Origin: Anaeromyxobacter sp.
Lineage (GTDB): Bacteria; Myxococcota; Myxococcia; Myxococcales; Anaeromyxobacteraceae
DNA length: 64,000 bases
Direction of reading: 5' to 3'
NCBI GenBank assembly: GCA_049840735.1
Contig: JASGJN010000004.1
Coordinates: forward strand, 32,001 to 96,000
Numbering within the stretch: position 1 is the first letter of the stretch; each line of letters starts with the position of its first letter. Below, piece by piece: positions 22,126 to 31,774 of this stretch. A model generated the notes under the pieces. The model was not told where the DNA came from, searched no databases, and saw only the letters and a program-made list of their open reading frames with translations. Both the position numbers and the translations under genes were made by a program.

Positions 22126-23577
22126 ATGGCTGAGGGTTCCGCCGCTGCGGCAGCTCCGCACACCCCGCTCTACGAGCAAATCGCCCGCCGCTACGCGGCC
22201 GCCATCGAGAAGGGGACCTTCGCGCCCGGGGAGCGGTTCCCGTCGGTGCGACGGCTTGCGGCGGAGGAGCGGGCCAGCGTCTCCACCATCCTGCAGGCGG
22301 TGGCGCAGCTGGAGCTGCTGGGGCTGCTCGAGGCCCGGCCGCGCTCCGGCCACTTCGTGCGGCTGCGGGCCCGTCCGCCGGCGCCGCGCCCGGTGGCGCC
22401 GCCCGCCAGCGCGGCGGTGAGCCACGTCGAGGTGGCCGAGCTGGTGGCGCGCGTCTACCACGCCGCCCGCGACCCCTCGCTGGTGCACCTGGGCCACGCG
22501 CTGCCCGACCCGGCGCTGCTGCCCACGCGCGCGCTGGCCCGCGCCACCGCCTCGGCGGCGCGCCGGCCGGAGGGCGGGGTGCGCTACGAGATGCCGCCCG
22601 GGCTGCTGGAGCTGCGGCGGGCGGTGGCGCGGCGCGCGCTGACCTGGGGCTGCGTCCTCTCCGAGGACGACCTGGTCATCACCAGCGGCGCCACCGAGGC
22701 CATCCACCTGGCGCTCTTGGCCTGCACGCAGCCGGGCGAGGCGGTGGCGGTGGAGTCGCCCGCCTACTACGGCACGCTGCAGACGCTGGAGGCGCTGGGG
22801 CTGCGCGTCATCGAGGTCCCCTGCCGGCCGGAGAGCGGCATGGACCTGGACGAGCTGCAGCGCCGCATCGACCGGCACGACGCGCGCGCGGTGCTGGCGG
22901 TGCCCACCTTCTCCAACCCGCTCGGCTCCTGCATGCCGGACGAGGCCAAGCAGCGGCTGGTGAAGCTCGTCTCGGCCCGCGGGATCCCGCTCATCGAGGA
23001 CGACGTGTACGGCGAGCTGGCCTTCGCGCCGGCCAGGCCGCGCGCCGCCAAGGCCTTCGACACCGACGGCAGCGTGATGCTGTGCGGCTCCTTCTCCAAG
23101 ACGCTGGCCGCCGGCTACCGGGTCGGCTACGCCGCGCCCGGCCGCTGGCGCGAGCGGCTGGAGCTGCTCAAGTTCTCGCTCAACGTGGCCACCCCCACGC
23201 TCCCGCAGCAGGCCATCGCGCGCTTCCTGGTGGGCGGCGGCTACGACCGCCACCTGCGCTCGCTGCGCGACCACCTGGCGCGCACCACCGCCCGCACCGC
23301 GGCGGCGGTGGCCGAGTCCTTCCCCGCCGGCACCCGCGTCTCGCACCCCTCCGGCGGCTGCTTCCTGTGGGTCGAGCTGCCGGCGCAGGTGGACGCGCTG
23401 GAGCTGCACGCGCGGGCCCACGACGCCGGCGTGAGCATCGCCCCCGGGCCGCTCTTCTCGCCCACGCAGGGCCACCGCAGCTGCATCCGGCTCTCCTGCG
23501 GCGCGCCCTGGAGCGACCGGATCGACGCCGCGGTCCGGCTGGTGGGGCGGCTGGCGACGCGGCTGGCCGGGGGCTGA
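22126..23577 (+). CDS. MocR/GntR family regulator with PLP aminotransferase domain
   Basis: LYEQIA...PSVRRLA wHTH; IEDDVY; SFSKTLA. Confidence 0.93.
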   Translation: MAEGSAAAAAPHTPLYEQIARRYAAAIEKGTFAPGERFPSVRRLAAEERASVSTILQAVAQLELLGLLEARPRSGHFVRLRARPPAPRPVAPPASAAVSHVEVAELVARVYHAARDPSLVHLGHALPDPALLPTRALARATASAARRPEGGVRYEMPPGLLELRRAVARRALTWGCVLSEDDLVITSGATEAIHLALLACTQPGEAVAVESPAYYGTLQTLEALGLRVIEVPCRPESGMDLDELQRRIDRHDARAVLAVPTFSNPLGSCMPDEAKQRLVKLVSARGIPLIEDDVYGELAFAPARPRAAKAFDTDGSVMLCGSFSKTLAAGYRVGYAAPGRWRERLELLKFSLNVATPTLPQQAIARFLVGGGYDRHLRSLRDHLARTTARTAAAVAESFPAGTRVSHPSGGCFLWVELPAQVDALELHARAHDAGVSIAPGPLFSPTQGHRSCIRLSCGAPWSDRIDAAVRLVGRLATRLAGG

Positions 23578-23684
23578 AGGCCGCGGCGGGGCGCGGGGTT
23601 GCGCGAGGACCGCAACCTTTCCCGCGGTGGCGGGTTGGAGTGGGCAAGAGGCCGATCACCGGCCCAGTCCTCCGGGAGCCCGCC

Positions 23685-23996
23685 ATGACCACCTTCCTCC
23701 GCACCGCCGCCGCCCTCGCCGCCCTCGCCACCGCCCTCCCCGCCCTGGCGGACCGCCCCGCCGCGCGCCAGGTCCGCCAGCAGGAGCGGATCGGGCAGGG
23801 CGTGCAGAGCGGCGAGCTGACCCGCCACGAGGCGCTCCGCCTGGAGCGGCAGGAGGCCCGCCTCCACCGCGGAATCGTGCGCGACCGCGTCGACGGCGGT
23901 GGCCTCAGCCCGGCCGAGCGCGCCAAGAATCGAGCGCCAGCAGGACCGGATGAGCGCCCGATCCACGCGCAGAAGCACGACGCGCAGGTGCGGTAG
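23685..23996 (+). CDS. Small secreted helical-repeat protein (frameshift ~23928)
   Basis: Signal peptide; RQ.RQ.ERI.QGV.SGELT..E motif. Confidence 0.65.
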   Translation: MTTFLRTAAALAALATALPALADRPAARQVRQQERIGQGVQSGELTRHEALRLERQEARLHRGIVRDRVDGGGLSPAERAKNRAPAGPDERPIHAQKHDAQVR

Positions 23997-24009
23997 GCGG
24001 AATCCCTGG

Positions 24010-24698
24010 CCTTCGACTCCGGGCCGCTGCGCGGCCCTGCGCTCAGGCCGAACGGGGTCCTTGGTCAGGCCGGACGGGGTCCTTGGTCAGGCCGGACGAC
24101 GTTCCTGGCCAGGCCGGACGGGGTCCTTGGTCAGACCGGACGACGTTCCTGGTCAGGCCGGACGGGGTCCTTGGTCAGACCGGACGACGTTCCTGGCCAG
24201 GCCGGACGGGGTCCTTGGTCAGGCCGGACGACGTTCCTGGCCAGGCCGGACGGGGTCCTTGGTCAGACCGGGCGACGTTCCTAGTCAGGCCGGACGGGGT
24301 CCTTGGTCAGGCCGGACGGGGTCCTTGGTCAGGCCGGACGGGGTCCTTGGTCAGGCCGGACGGGATCCTTGGTCAGGCCGGACGGGGTCCTTGGTCAGGC
24401 CGGACGGGGTCCTTGGTCAGGCCGGACGGGGGCCCTGGTCAGGCCGGACGGGGTCCTTGGTCAGGCCGGGGGTCCTTGGTCAGGCCGGGGGTCCTTGGTC
24501 AGGCCGGGGGTCCTTGGTCCAGGCCGCACGGGGGTCCTTGGTCAGGCCGGACGGGGTCCTTGGTCAGGCCGGACGGGGCCCTTGGTCAGGCCGGACGGGG
24601 TCCCTGGTTCAGGCCGGACGGGGTCCCTGGTTCAGGCCGGACGGGGTTCACTCTCCGTTCGGCCTGAGCGTAGCCGCCGAAGGCGGCGGAGTCGAAGG
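24010..24698. repeat. Inverted REP pair enclosing a ~600-bp 21-bp tandem array
   Basis: Forward REP 24010-24055, reverse REP 24655-24698; roughly 29 units of TCAGGCCGGACGGGGTCCTTGG-type repeat with ACGTTCCT variants. Confidence 0.92.
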
Positions 24699-24717
24699 CC
24701 AGGGGTCCGCGAGCGGC

Positions 24718-26175
24718 TCAGTACGCCGCCCGCACCCCCGCGCCGGCCAGCAGGGCGCGGAGCCCCTCGGCGGCGTCGCTGCCCTGGAAGGTGAAGCCGC
24801 CGGGGGCGTCGCGGAGCAGCCTGGGCACCGCGGCCTCCGACGGCCCGCACACCACCACAGGCAGCCGCAGCACCTGGGCCAGCTCCGTGAGCAGCCCGTC
24901 GTCCTCCTCGGCCGGGAGCAGCACCAGCGCGCCCACCGCCCCGGAGGCGAAGGGGCGCCAGAGCGGACGGAAGGCGCGGTCGGCCGGCACCTCGGCCAGG
25001 TCCACCCGGACTCCGTCGCCCAGCGTCAGCCGCCCCAGCGTGCCGAAGCCGGAGACCGGCTCGGCCAGCTCGGGCTGGTAGCCCGGCACCGACCGGAACC
25101 GCTCGCCGGCGATGCGCCGCGCCAGCGGCCCGCCGCCGGCCAGCAGCACCTTGCCCACCGTCTGCGGGCCGGAGGAGCGGCCGCGGGCGATGCGCGCCCG
25201 CAGCGCGTGCAGCTCGTGGGCCGCCAGCAGGTCGCCCTGCACCGGCGGCAGCGCCCCCTCGCGCCGGCGCGCGTAGCCGCGCTCCAGCAGCGCCAGCACG
25301 GCGCGCATGGCCTCGAGGTCGGTGGCCGGGCAGCGGTCCACCAGCTCCTGGAAGCGCCGCGGCGTCTCCAGCTGCCGGACGATCTCCTCGGTGACCGGGT
25401 GCAGGCCGGCCGGGATGCGCGTCGCGTCGGCGGCCAGCTCCAGCGTGTCGGCCGGCTGCGGCAGGGACGGGAGCAGCCGGGCCACCTCGTCGGCCTGGCG
25501 CAGCCCCTCCAGCATCAGCTCCTCCAGGCGGCGGTCAATCCGCTCCTGGCCCACCTCGGCGCCGGGGACGAAGGCGAACTGCCCCTCGCGCCGCGTCAGG
25601 AGCCGGTAGAGCGCCTTCTCGCCGGTGGCGGCGCCCAGCGCGGCGTCCACCACCCGGCCGTCGCGCAGCGCGATGGAGGCGCGCTCCCCCTCGCGCTCGA
25701 CCGCCAGCTGGCCGGTCTTGCGGTTGACCGAGAGGATCTGCAGCAGGTCCACCAGCGGGATCTGCGCCAGGTTGCCCTCAATCTCACGGCTCTCGCCGGA
25801 GACCGCCTTGGCGGCGTCGAGCCGGCGGAAGACCTGCTCGATGCGGGCCAGCACCTCGTCCTGGTTGAAGGGCTTCTTGAGGTAGGTGCCGAGCCGGGCG
25901 CGGTCCGGGTCCACCGCCTCGCCGGTGAAGATCACCGGGATGCGCTCGGTGCGCGGGTTGGTGCGCAGGATGCGGATGAAGGTGCGCGAGTCGAGCAGCG
26001 GGCAGCGCTCGTCGAAGAGGATCAGGTCGGGGAAGCGGAGGATGGCGACCTGGAGCGCGCGCGAGCCGTCGCGGGCGGCGTGGACCTGGTAGCCGCGCTG
26101 GCGCAGCGACGGCGCCAGCACGCGCACGGTGGTGGGGTCGGGGTCGGCGAGGAGGAGCTTGCGGGCCTGGGGCAT
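24718..26175 (-). CDS. Receiver-like + DUF4388 protein with degenerate small-GTPase-like C-terminus
   Basis: Atypical receiver (LLLADPD, KKPF); GNLAQIPLVDLLQ..NRKTG; C-terminal FGTLGRLTLGDG...FRPLW...GAVGALVL. Confidence 0.8.
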   Translation of the reverse strand: MPQARKLLLADPDPTTVRVLAPSLRQRGYQVHAARDGSRALQVAILRFPDLILFDERCPLLDSRTFIRILRTNPRTERIPVIFTGEAVDPDRARLGTYLKKPFNQDEVLARIEQVFRRLDAAKAVSGESREIEGNLAQIPLVDLLQILSVNRKTGQLAVEREGERASIALRDGRVVDAALGAATGEKALYRLLTRREGQFAFVPGAEVGQERIDRRLEELMLEGLRQADEVARLLPSLPQPADTLELAADATRIPAGLHPVTEEIVRQLETPRRFQELVDRCPATDLEAMRAVLALLERGYARRREGALPPVQGDLLAAHELHALRARIARGRSSGPQTVGKVLLAGGGPLARRIAGERFRSVPGYQPELAEPVSGFGTLGRLTLGDGVRVDLAEVPADRAFRPLWRPFASGAVGALVLLPAEEDDGLLTELAQVLRLPVVVCGPSEAAVPRLLRDAPGGFTFQGSDAAEGLRALLAGAGVRAAY

Positions 26176-26190
26176 GTCCGGGGCGCTCCG

Positions 26191-28054
26191 CTACAGCGGC
26201 TGGAGATCGTAGAGGGCCTGCAGCTTGGACACCAGGGTGTCCACCAGCGGCACGTCCGAGGTGTGGAAGACCTTGCCCGTGGGCCCGGCCACCAGCCCGT
26301 AGGCCGAGTGCTCGGACATGAAGAGCAGGAACTCGTGGTCCACCAGCCGCTTGTCGCCGTCGAGGAAGACCTCGGTGACCAGCGGGTGGCCGGGCCGCTC
26401 CGGCCCGCCGCGCGGGCCGAGCAGGTAGACGTGCACGGCGCTGTCGCCGGCGCGCGAGGCCGGGTCGCCGGCGGGGAGCGCGGCGCGGATGGCGGCGTGG
26501 CCCAGCCCGCCGCGCACGCCCACGTAGGCGTGGCCGCGGGCGCGCGGGTCGCGGCCGATCTCGCGCGCCACCTCGCGCTGCGCTGCGGCCAGGAAGTCCG
26601 GGTCGGCGGCGATGCGGGCGGAGGGCGAGCTGTCCGGCAGCGGCGCGTCGGCCAGCAGGATGTCCACCAGCTCCCAGAAGGCGGCCGGCTCGAGGTCGGC
26701 CAGGTGCAGCCGGCGCAAGAGCGAGCCGCGCTGGTCCTCGATGCGGTCCTTGGCCCAGTGGAGCAGCTGGTCGAAGTCCTCCCCGTCCTTGGGGAAGGTG
26801 GCGGCGCCCATGGAGAGGAGCAGCGGCGTCTTCTCCTCCAGCTGGCGCACCGAGCCCTCGCGCCGGACCTCGTCGGCGGCGCGGCGCTGGAACATGAGCG
26901 CGCCGAAGTGGTCGGTCTCGGGCAGGAGCACGTAGTACTCGCGCTCCGAGACGCGGGCCAGGATGTCGGCGTCGCGCGAGACGCGGGCCACCGCCGACAC
27001 CACGTCGCGGATCACGCGGCGGTGCAGCTCGCGCCCGGCCTCCTTGCGGATCTGCTCCACGTTGTCGATGGAGAGGACCAGCAGCGAGAAGGAGCGGCCG
27101 TAGCGGCGGGCCTTGTAGAACTCCTTGCCGGCGTAGTCGACGAAGTAGGCCAGGTTGTAGGCGCCGGTCTCCGCGGTCGCGCAGGCCGACGCGCTCCAGC
27201 GCCTGGAAGCGGCGGGCGTTGCGCACCGCGATGGCCGCGAAGTCGGCCATGGTGAGCGCCGCGGCGTGCTCGTCCGGGCCGAACCGGCCCTTGGCGCGGT
27301 CGGAGAGGAGCGCCATGCCCAGGGGCTCGTCGTCCGCCACCAGCGGCACCAGGAAGCTCTCGCCGGCCAGCGGGAACGGCGCCTGGAAGGGCGCGCCGCC
27401 GCGCAGCGCCTCCGACCAGCTGGGCGCCTTCGGATCGATCAGCGCCGGCAGCGAGGCCCGGTCCACCAGGCCGCGGTAGCTGCGCAGCGCCAGCAGCCCC
27501 TTGTCGTCCATCACCCACAGCGCCGCGCCCTGGGCGTCGGTGGCGCGGGCCAGGAAGGAGAGCGTCAGATCCTGCAGCCGCTCGCCGTCGAGCGTGGAGA
27601 GGATCTGCAGGCCCTGGCGGTAGATGACCTGCGACTTGGCGAACTCGATGTTCTCGCTGAGCAGCTTGGAGTGCTCGCGCCGCAGCTGCACGCGCGCCAG
27701 CACCCGCTCCGCCACCTGCAGGAGCTCGGCCCGGTCCACCGGCTTGGTGAGGAACTCGGCGCAGCCGGCCTTCATGGCCTGCACCGCCAGCCGGACGTCC
27801 TCGTGGCCGGTGACCGCCACCGCCTCCAGGTCCGGGTCCCGCCGCCGCGCCTCGCGCACCAGCGCCACGCCGTCCATGCCCGGCATGACCACGTCGGTGA
27901 CCAGCAGGTCGAAGGTCTCGTCCTGCAGCAGCTGCAGCGCCTCCTCGGCCGAGGACGCGGTGCGGGTGGCGTGGCCGGAGGAGCCCAGCACCTCCTTGAA
28001 GAGCTCCAGGAAGAACTTCTCGTCGTCGACGATGAGGATCCGCCCGGTGGCCAT
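26191..28054 (-). CDS. Response regulator REC-GAF-degenerate GGDEF (frameshift ~27170)
   Basis: ILIVDD, TDVVMP, TKPV; GAF region; active-site position reads ARVSEREY. Confidence 0.8.
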
Positions 28055-28846
28055 CTAGAGGTCCGCCTCCCCGGCGAAGACCCTCGCCGCCGGCCCGCGC
28101 ATCGTCACGCCGACCAGGTCGGCCGCCACCGTGATTTGCAGCGCGCCGCCCGGCAGGCGCACCTCCACCGGCACGCCCGCGGGGACCAGCCCGCGCGACA
28201 CCGCCGCCACCGCCGCGGCGCAGGCGCCGGTGCCGCAGGCCTCGGTCAGCCCCGCGCCGCGCTCCCACACCACCAGGTCGATGCCCTCCGGCCCGGCCTT
28301 CGCGAACCCGACGTTGACGCCGCCCGGGACCGACCGCTCCAGCGCCGGCCCGACCGCCTGGGCGCGCTCGCGGGTGGGCGCCTCGCCCAGCAGCACCGCG
28401 TGCGGGTTGCCCATGGAGACGCGGATGGTCGGGTAGCGCTGGCCGCCCGCCTCGAGCGGCTCCTGCCCGAGCAGCCGGGCGGGGCCCATCTCGACCGACA
28501 CCGCCTCGACCTCGCCGGACGCGCCGCGGTGGATGGTGCAGGCCTTGGGCCCGGAGTCGGTGTCGACGAGGACGGCGCCGGAGAGGCCGCGCTGCTCGGC
28601 CAGGTGGCGGGCCAGGCAGCGGATGCCGTTGCCGCACATGGCGGCCACCGAGCCGTCCGAGTTGTAGATGTGCATGGCGGCGACGGCGCCAGCCGTGCGG
28701 GGCGGCAGGACGGTGAGCACGCCGTCGGCCCCGAGGCCCCGCCGGCGATTGCAGAGCCGCCGGGCGCGCTCGGGCGCCATCAGCGGGCCGTCGACCACCA
28801 CGAAGTCGTTGCCGATGCCGTGGTACTTCACGAAGGGGAGCGGCAC
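28055..28846 (-). CDS. dapF: Diaminopimelate epimerase
   Basis: KYHGIGNDF, NSDGS..MCGNG, SMGNPH, ERGAGLTEACGTG. Confidence 0.95.
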   Translation of the reverse strand: MPLPFVKYHGIGNDFVVVDGPLMAPERARRLCNRRRGLGADGVLTVLPPRTAGAVAAMHIYNSDGSVAAMCGNGIRCLARHLAEQRGLSGAVLVDTDSGPKACTIHRGASGEVEAVSVEMGPARLLGQEPLEAGGQRYPTIRVSMGNPHAVLLGEAPTRERAQAVGPALERSVPGGVNVGFAKAGPEGIDLVVWERGAGLTEACGTGACAAAVAAVSRGLVPAGVPVEVRLPGGALQITVAADLVGVTMRGPAARVFAGEADL

Positions 28847-29000
28847 CCGCGCATCATAGCGCGGGCCGCCCCCGGACGGCAGGCTCGCGGCGAGGGCCCG
28901 CGCACGGAAAAAGCGTCGCGCGGGCCGGCGCTTGCGGTCCCCCCGGGGCCCGGCCACCCTGGGGTGGCGCCCGGCCCGGCGGCGCGGTAACCACGTGGGC

Positions 29001-30404
29001 GTGACCACCGCCCGCGCGTTCCTCCCCGACCTGCTGCTCGCCGGCGGCGCGCTCCACGCCGGCGCCGCGCTCACCGTGAAGGACGGGCGCGTGCTGGCGG
29101 TGGGCGAGCCGGCGCCGGGCGCGAAGCCGGTGCCGCTGCCCGGACAGCTGCTGATCCCGGGGCTGGTCTCGGCCCACGGCCACGCCTTCCAGCGCGCCAT
29201 CCGCGGCCGGACCGAGCGGCGCGCGCCCGGGTCGGGCGGCGTCCCGGAGACCTTCTGGACCTGGCGGCGGGCCATGTACGACGCCGCCGCGCGGCTGGGC
29301 GCCGACGCGCTGGAGACGGTGGCGCGCTTCGCCTACGCCGAGCTGGCGCGGGCCGGCGTGACCGCGGTGGGCGAGTTCCACTACCTGCACCACGCGGCGG
29401 AGGGCCAGCCCTTCGCCGACTCCGGCGCGCTGGCGCTGCGGCTGGTGCGGGCCGCCCGCTCCGTGGGGCTGCGGGTGGTGCTGCTCGACAGCGCGTACGC
29501 GCGCCCGGGCGCGCCGGGCGCGGCGCTGGAGCCGGCGCAGCTGCGCTTCTTCCACGCGTCGCTGGAGGACTACCTGGAGGAGCTGGCGGCGCTGCGCGAG
29601 GGGCTGCGGGGCGACCCGCTGGCCGGCGTCGGGATCGCGCCGCACAGCGTGCGGGCCTGCCCGCTCCCGTGGCTGACGCGGCTGGCCGAGGTGGCCTGGC
29701 GCGAGGGGCTGCCGCTGCACGTGCACGCCGCCGAGCAGCCGGCCGAGGTGGCCGCCTGCCGGGCCGAGCACGGGGTCACGCCGGTGGAGCTCTTGCACCG
29801 CGCCGGCGCGCTCGGCCCCGGGACCACGCTGGTCCACGCCATCCACCTCGACGACGCCGACATCCGTCGCGTCGGCGAGGCGCGCGCCACGATTTGCGCC
29901 TGCCCGCTCACCGAGCGCAACCTGGGCGACGGCGTGGTGCCCGCCGACCGGCTGCGCGAGGCCGGTGTGCGGCTGGCGCTGGGCGTGGACAGCCACGCCG
30001 AGGCCGACCCGCTGGGCGAGGCGCGGGCGCTGGAGCTGCAGCTGCGGCTGGTGCGCGGGCAGCGGGCGGTGCTGGACGGGCCGCCGGGCACGCTGGGCGC
30101 GCGGCTGCTGGAGGCGGCCACCGCCGGCGGGATGGCTTCGCTGGGGCTGGCCGGCGGGCGGCTGGCGCCGGGGGAGCCGGCCGACTTCGCGGTGCTGGAC
30201 CTGGCCGACCCGTCCATCGCCGGGGCCTCGCGCGACGCCCTGCTGGACACCGTGGTCTTCGCCGCCTCGCCCCGGGCCGTCCGCAGCAGCTGGGTGGCCG
30301 GCGAGCCGGTGCTGGTGGAGGGGCGGCTGGCCTCCACCGGGCCGGAGGAGCGCGACCTGACGGCCGGTTTCGCCGAGGTGATGCGCGCCCTGTGGGGTGC
30401 GTGA
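29001..30404 (+). CDS. hutF: Formimidoylglutamate deiminase
   Basis: HGHAFQRA, FWTWR..MY, VGEFHYLHH, APHSVRA, HVHAAEQ, CPLTERNLGDG. Confidence 0.9.
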   Translation: MTTARAFLPDLLLAGGALHAGAALTVKDGRVLAVGEPAPGAKPVPLPGQLLIPGLVSAHGHAFQRAIRGRTERRAPGSGGVPETFWTWRRAMYDAAARLGADALETVARFAYAELARAGVTAVGEFHYLHHAAEGQPFADSGALALRLVRAARSVGLRVVLLDSAYARPGAPGAALEPAQLRFFHASLEDYLEELAALREGLRGDPLAGVGIAPHSVRACPLPWLTRLAEVAWREGLPLHVHAAEQPAEVAACRAEHGVTPVELLHRAGALGPGTTLVHAIHLDDADIRRVGEARATICACPLTERNLGDGVVPADRLREAGVRLALGVDSHAEADPLGEARALELQLRLVRGQRAVLDGPPGTLGARLLEAATAGGMASLGLAGGRLAPGEPADFAVLDLADPSIAGASRDALLDTVVFAASPRAVRSSWVAGEPVLVEGRLASTGPEERDLTAGFAEVMRALWGA

Positions 30405-30449
30405 TTGGAATTGAGGCGCGCCGGCGCGGCCCGGCGTAACCTCCCGCCC

Positions 30450-31564
30450 ATGGACCTCGTGAAGCTGCTCCAGGCCCTGGTCGCCATCGACACCACGTCC
30501 TCGCGCCCCAACGCGCCCGCCCTCGACCTGCTCGAGCGCGAGGCCCGGGCCGCCGGGTTCGAGACCCGCCGCGCCGCCTGGACCGACGCCGCCGGCGTGC
30601 CCAAGGCCAACCTCGTCTGCCGGCGCGGCCCGGACAGCGCCGGCGGCCTGGCGCTGGTGGGCCACACCGACTGCGTCCCGTTCGACCCGGAGTGGAAGGA
30701 GGCGCTGCTGGGCGAGGTCAAGGACGGGCGGCTCGTCGGGCGCGGCTCGGCCGACACCAAGGGCTTCCTGGCCGCGGCGCTGGTGGCGGCCGGGAAGGCG
30801 AGGCAGGGCAGGCAGCCGCTCACCCTGATCTTCACCGCCGACGAGGAGATTGGCTGCCTGGGCGCGAAGCAGCTCCTGGCCGAGGGCCGGGTCCACCCGC
30901 GCCACGCCATCGTGGGCGAGCCCACCTCGCTCACGCCGGTCCGCGCGCACAAGGGCTACTCGGCGGTGGAGATCGGCTCACCGGGCTGGAGGGGCACAGC
31001 GCCTACCCCGACGTCGGCGCCTCCGCCATCCACGCCGCCGGCAGGCTCTGGCCGGAGATCGAGGCCATCGGCGAGGAGCTGAAGCGCGAGCTGGACCAGG
31101 CCTTCTCCCCGCCGTACTGCACCTGGAACGTGGGCGTCATCTCCGGCGGCAAGGCCCGCAACATCATCGCCGGCGAGTGCAGGTTCACCTACGAGTGGCG
31201 CCCCCTGCCCGGCCAGGACCCGCGCCGCGCGCTGCGCATGCTGGAGGAGGCCTGCGCCCGCCTCGCCGCCTCGCTGGGCGGCCGCGTGCAGATCCACGTG
31301 GCCCCGCAGCGGACCGACGCCGCCGCCGTCACGCCCGCCGAGGCCGAGATCGTCCGCTTCCTGGAGCAGGAGAGCGGCAACGCGTCCACCACCGTGCCGT
31401 TCGGCACCGAGCTGCCCGAGGTGAACGGCCTGGGCGCCGAGGCCTGCGTGTTCGGCCCGGGCGACATCCGCGTCGCGCACCGGACCGGCGAGTACGTCCC
31501 GGTGGACCAGCTGGAGAAGGCCGCCGCGATCCTGGTCAAGGCGATTGAGCGGTTCACGGGGTAG
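30450..31564 (+). CDS. argE: Acetylornithine deacetylase, M20 family (frameshift ~30975)
   Basis: GHTDCVP, GRGSADTKGF, ADEEIG, IVGEPT, GPGDIRVAH. Confidence 0.88.
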
Positions 31565-31582
31565 CGGGCGTCTCGGGCCTGG

Positions 31583-31757
31583 CCTTCGACTCCGGGCCCG
31601 CGGCCGCGGGCCCTACGCTCAGGCCGAACGGACGCTCCTGCGCTCAGGGTAGACGGGCTCCCAGGCCCGGACGCGGCCCCTTCAAGCCCGTTCGTGGTGA
31701 GCGTAGCGCCCCGGGATGCCCCGGCGCCGCAGCGTGGCCGGGGCGCGGAGTCGAACC
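31583..31757. repeat. Inverted REP pair between convergent genes
   Basis: Intact forward REP 31583-31631; reverse variant with longer hairpin 31688-31757. Confidence 0.8.
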
Positions 31758-31774
31758 ATGAACGGGCGGATCCG

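Noticed and set aside
15510..24650. The two tandem arrays as CRISPR arrays
   Set aside because: Period is only ~21 bp, linkers are repeated rather than unique, and no cas genes are present.
23899..27255. 1118-aa plus-strand ORF and similar long ORFs (19587-22133, 60562-63720)
   Set aside because: Shadow frames of GC-rich genes and repeats, with no recognisable motifs.
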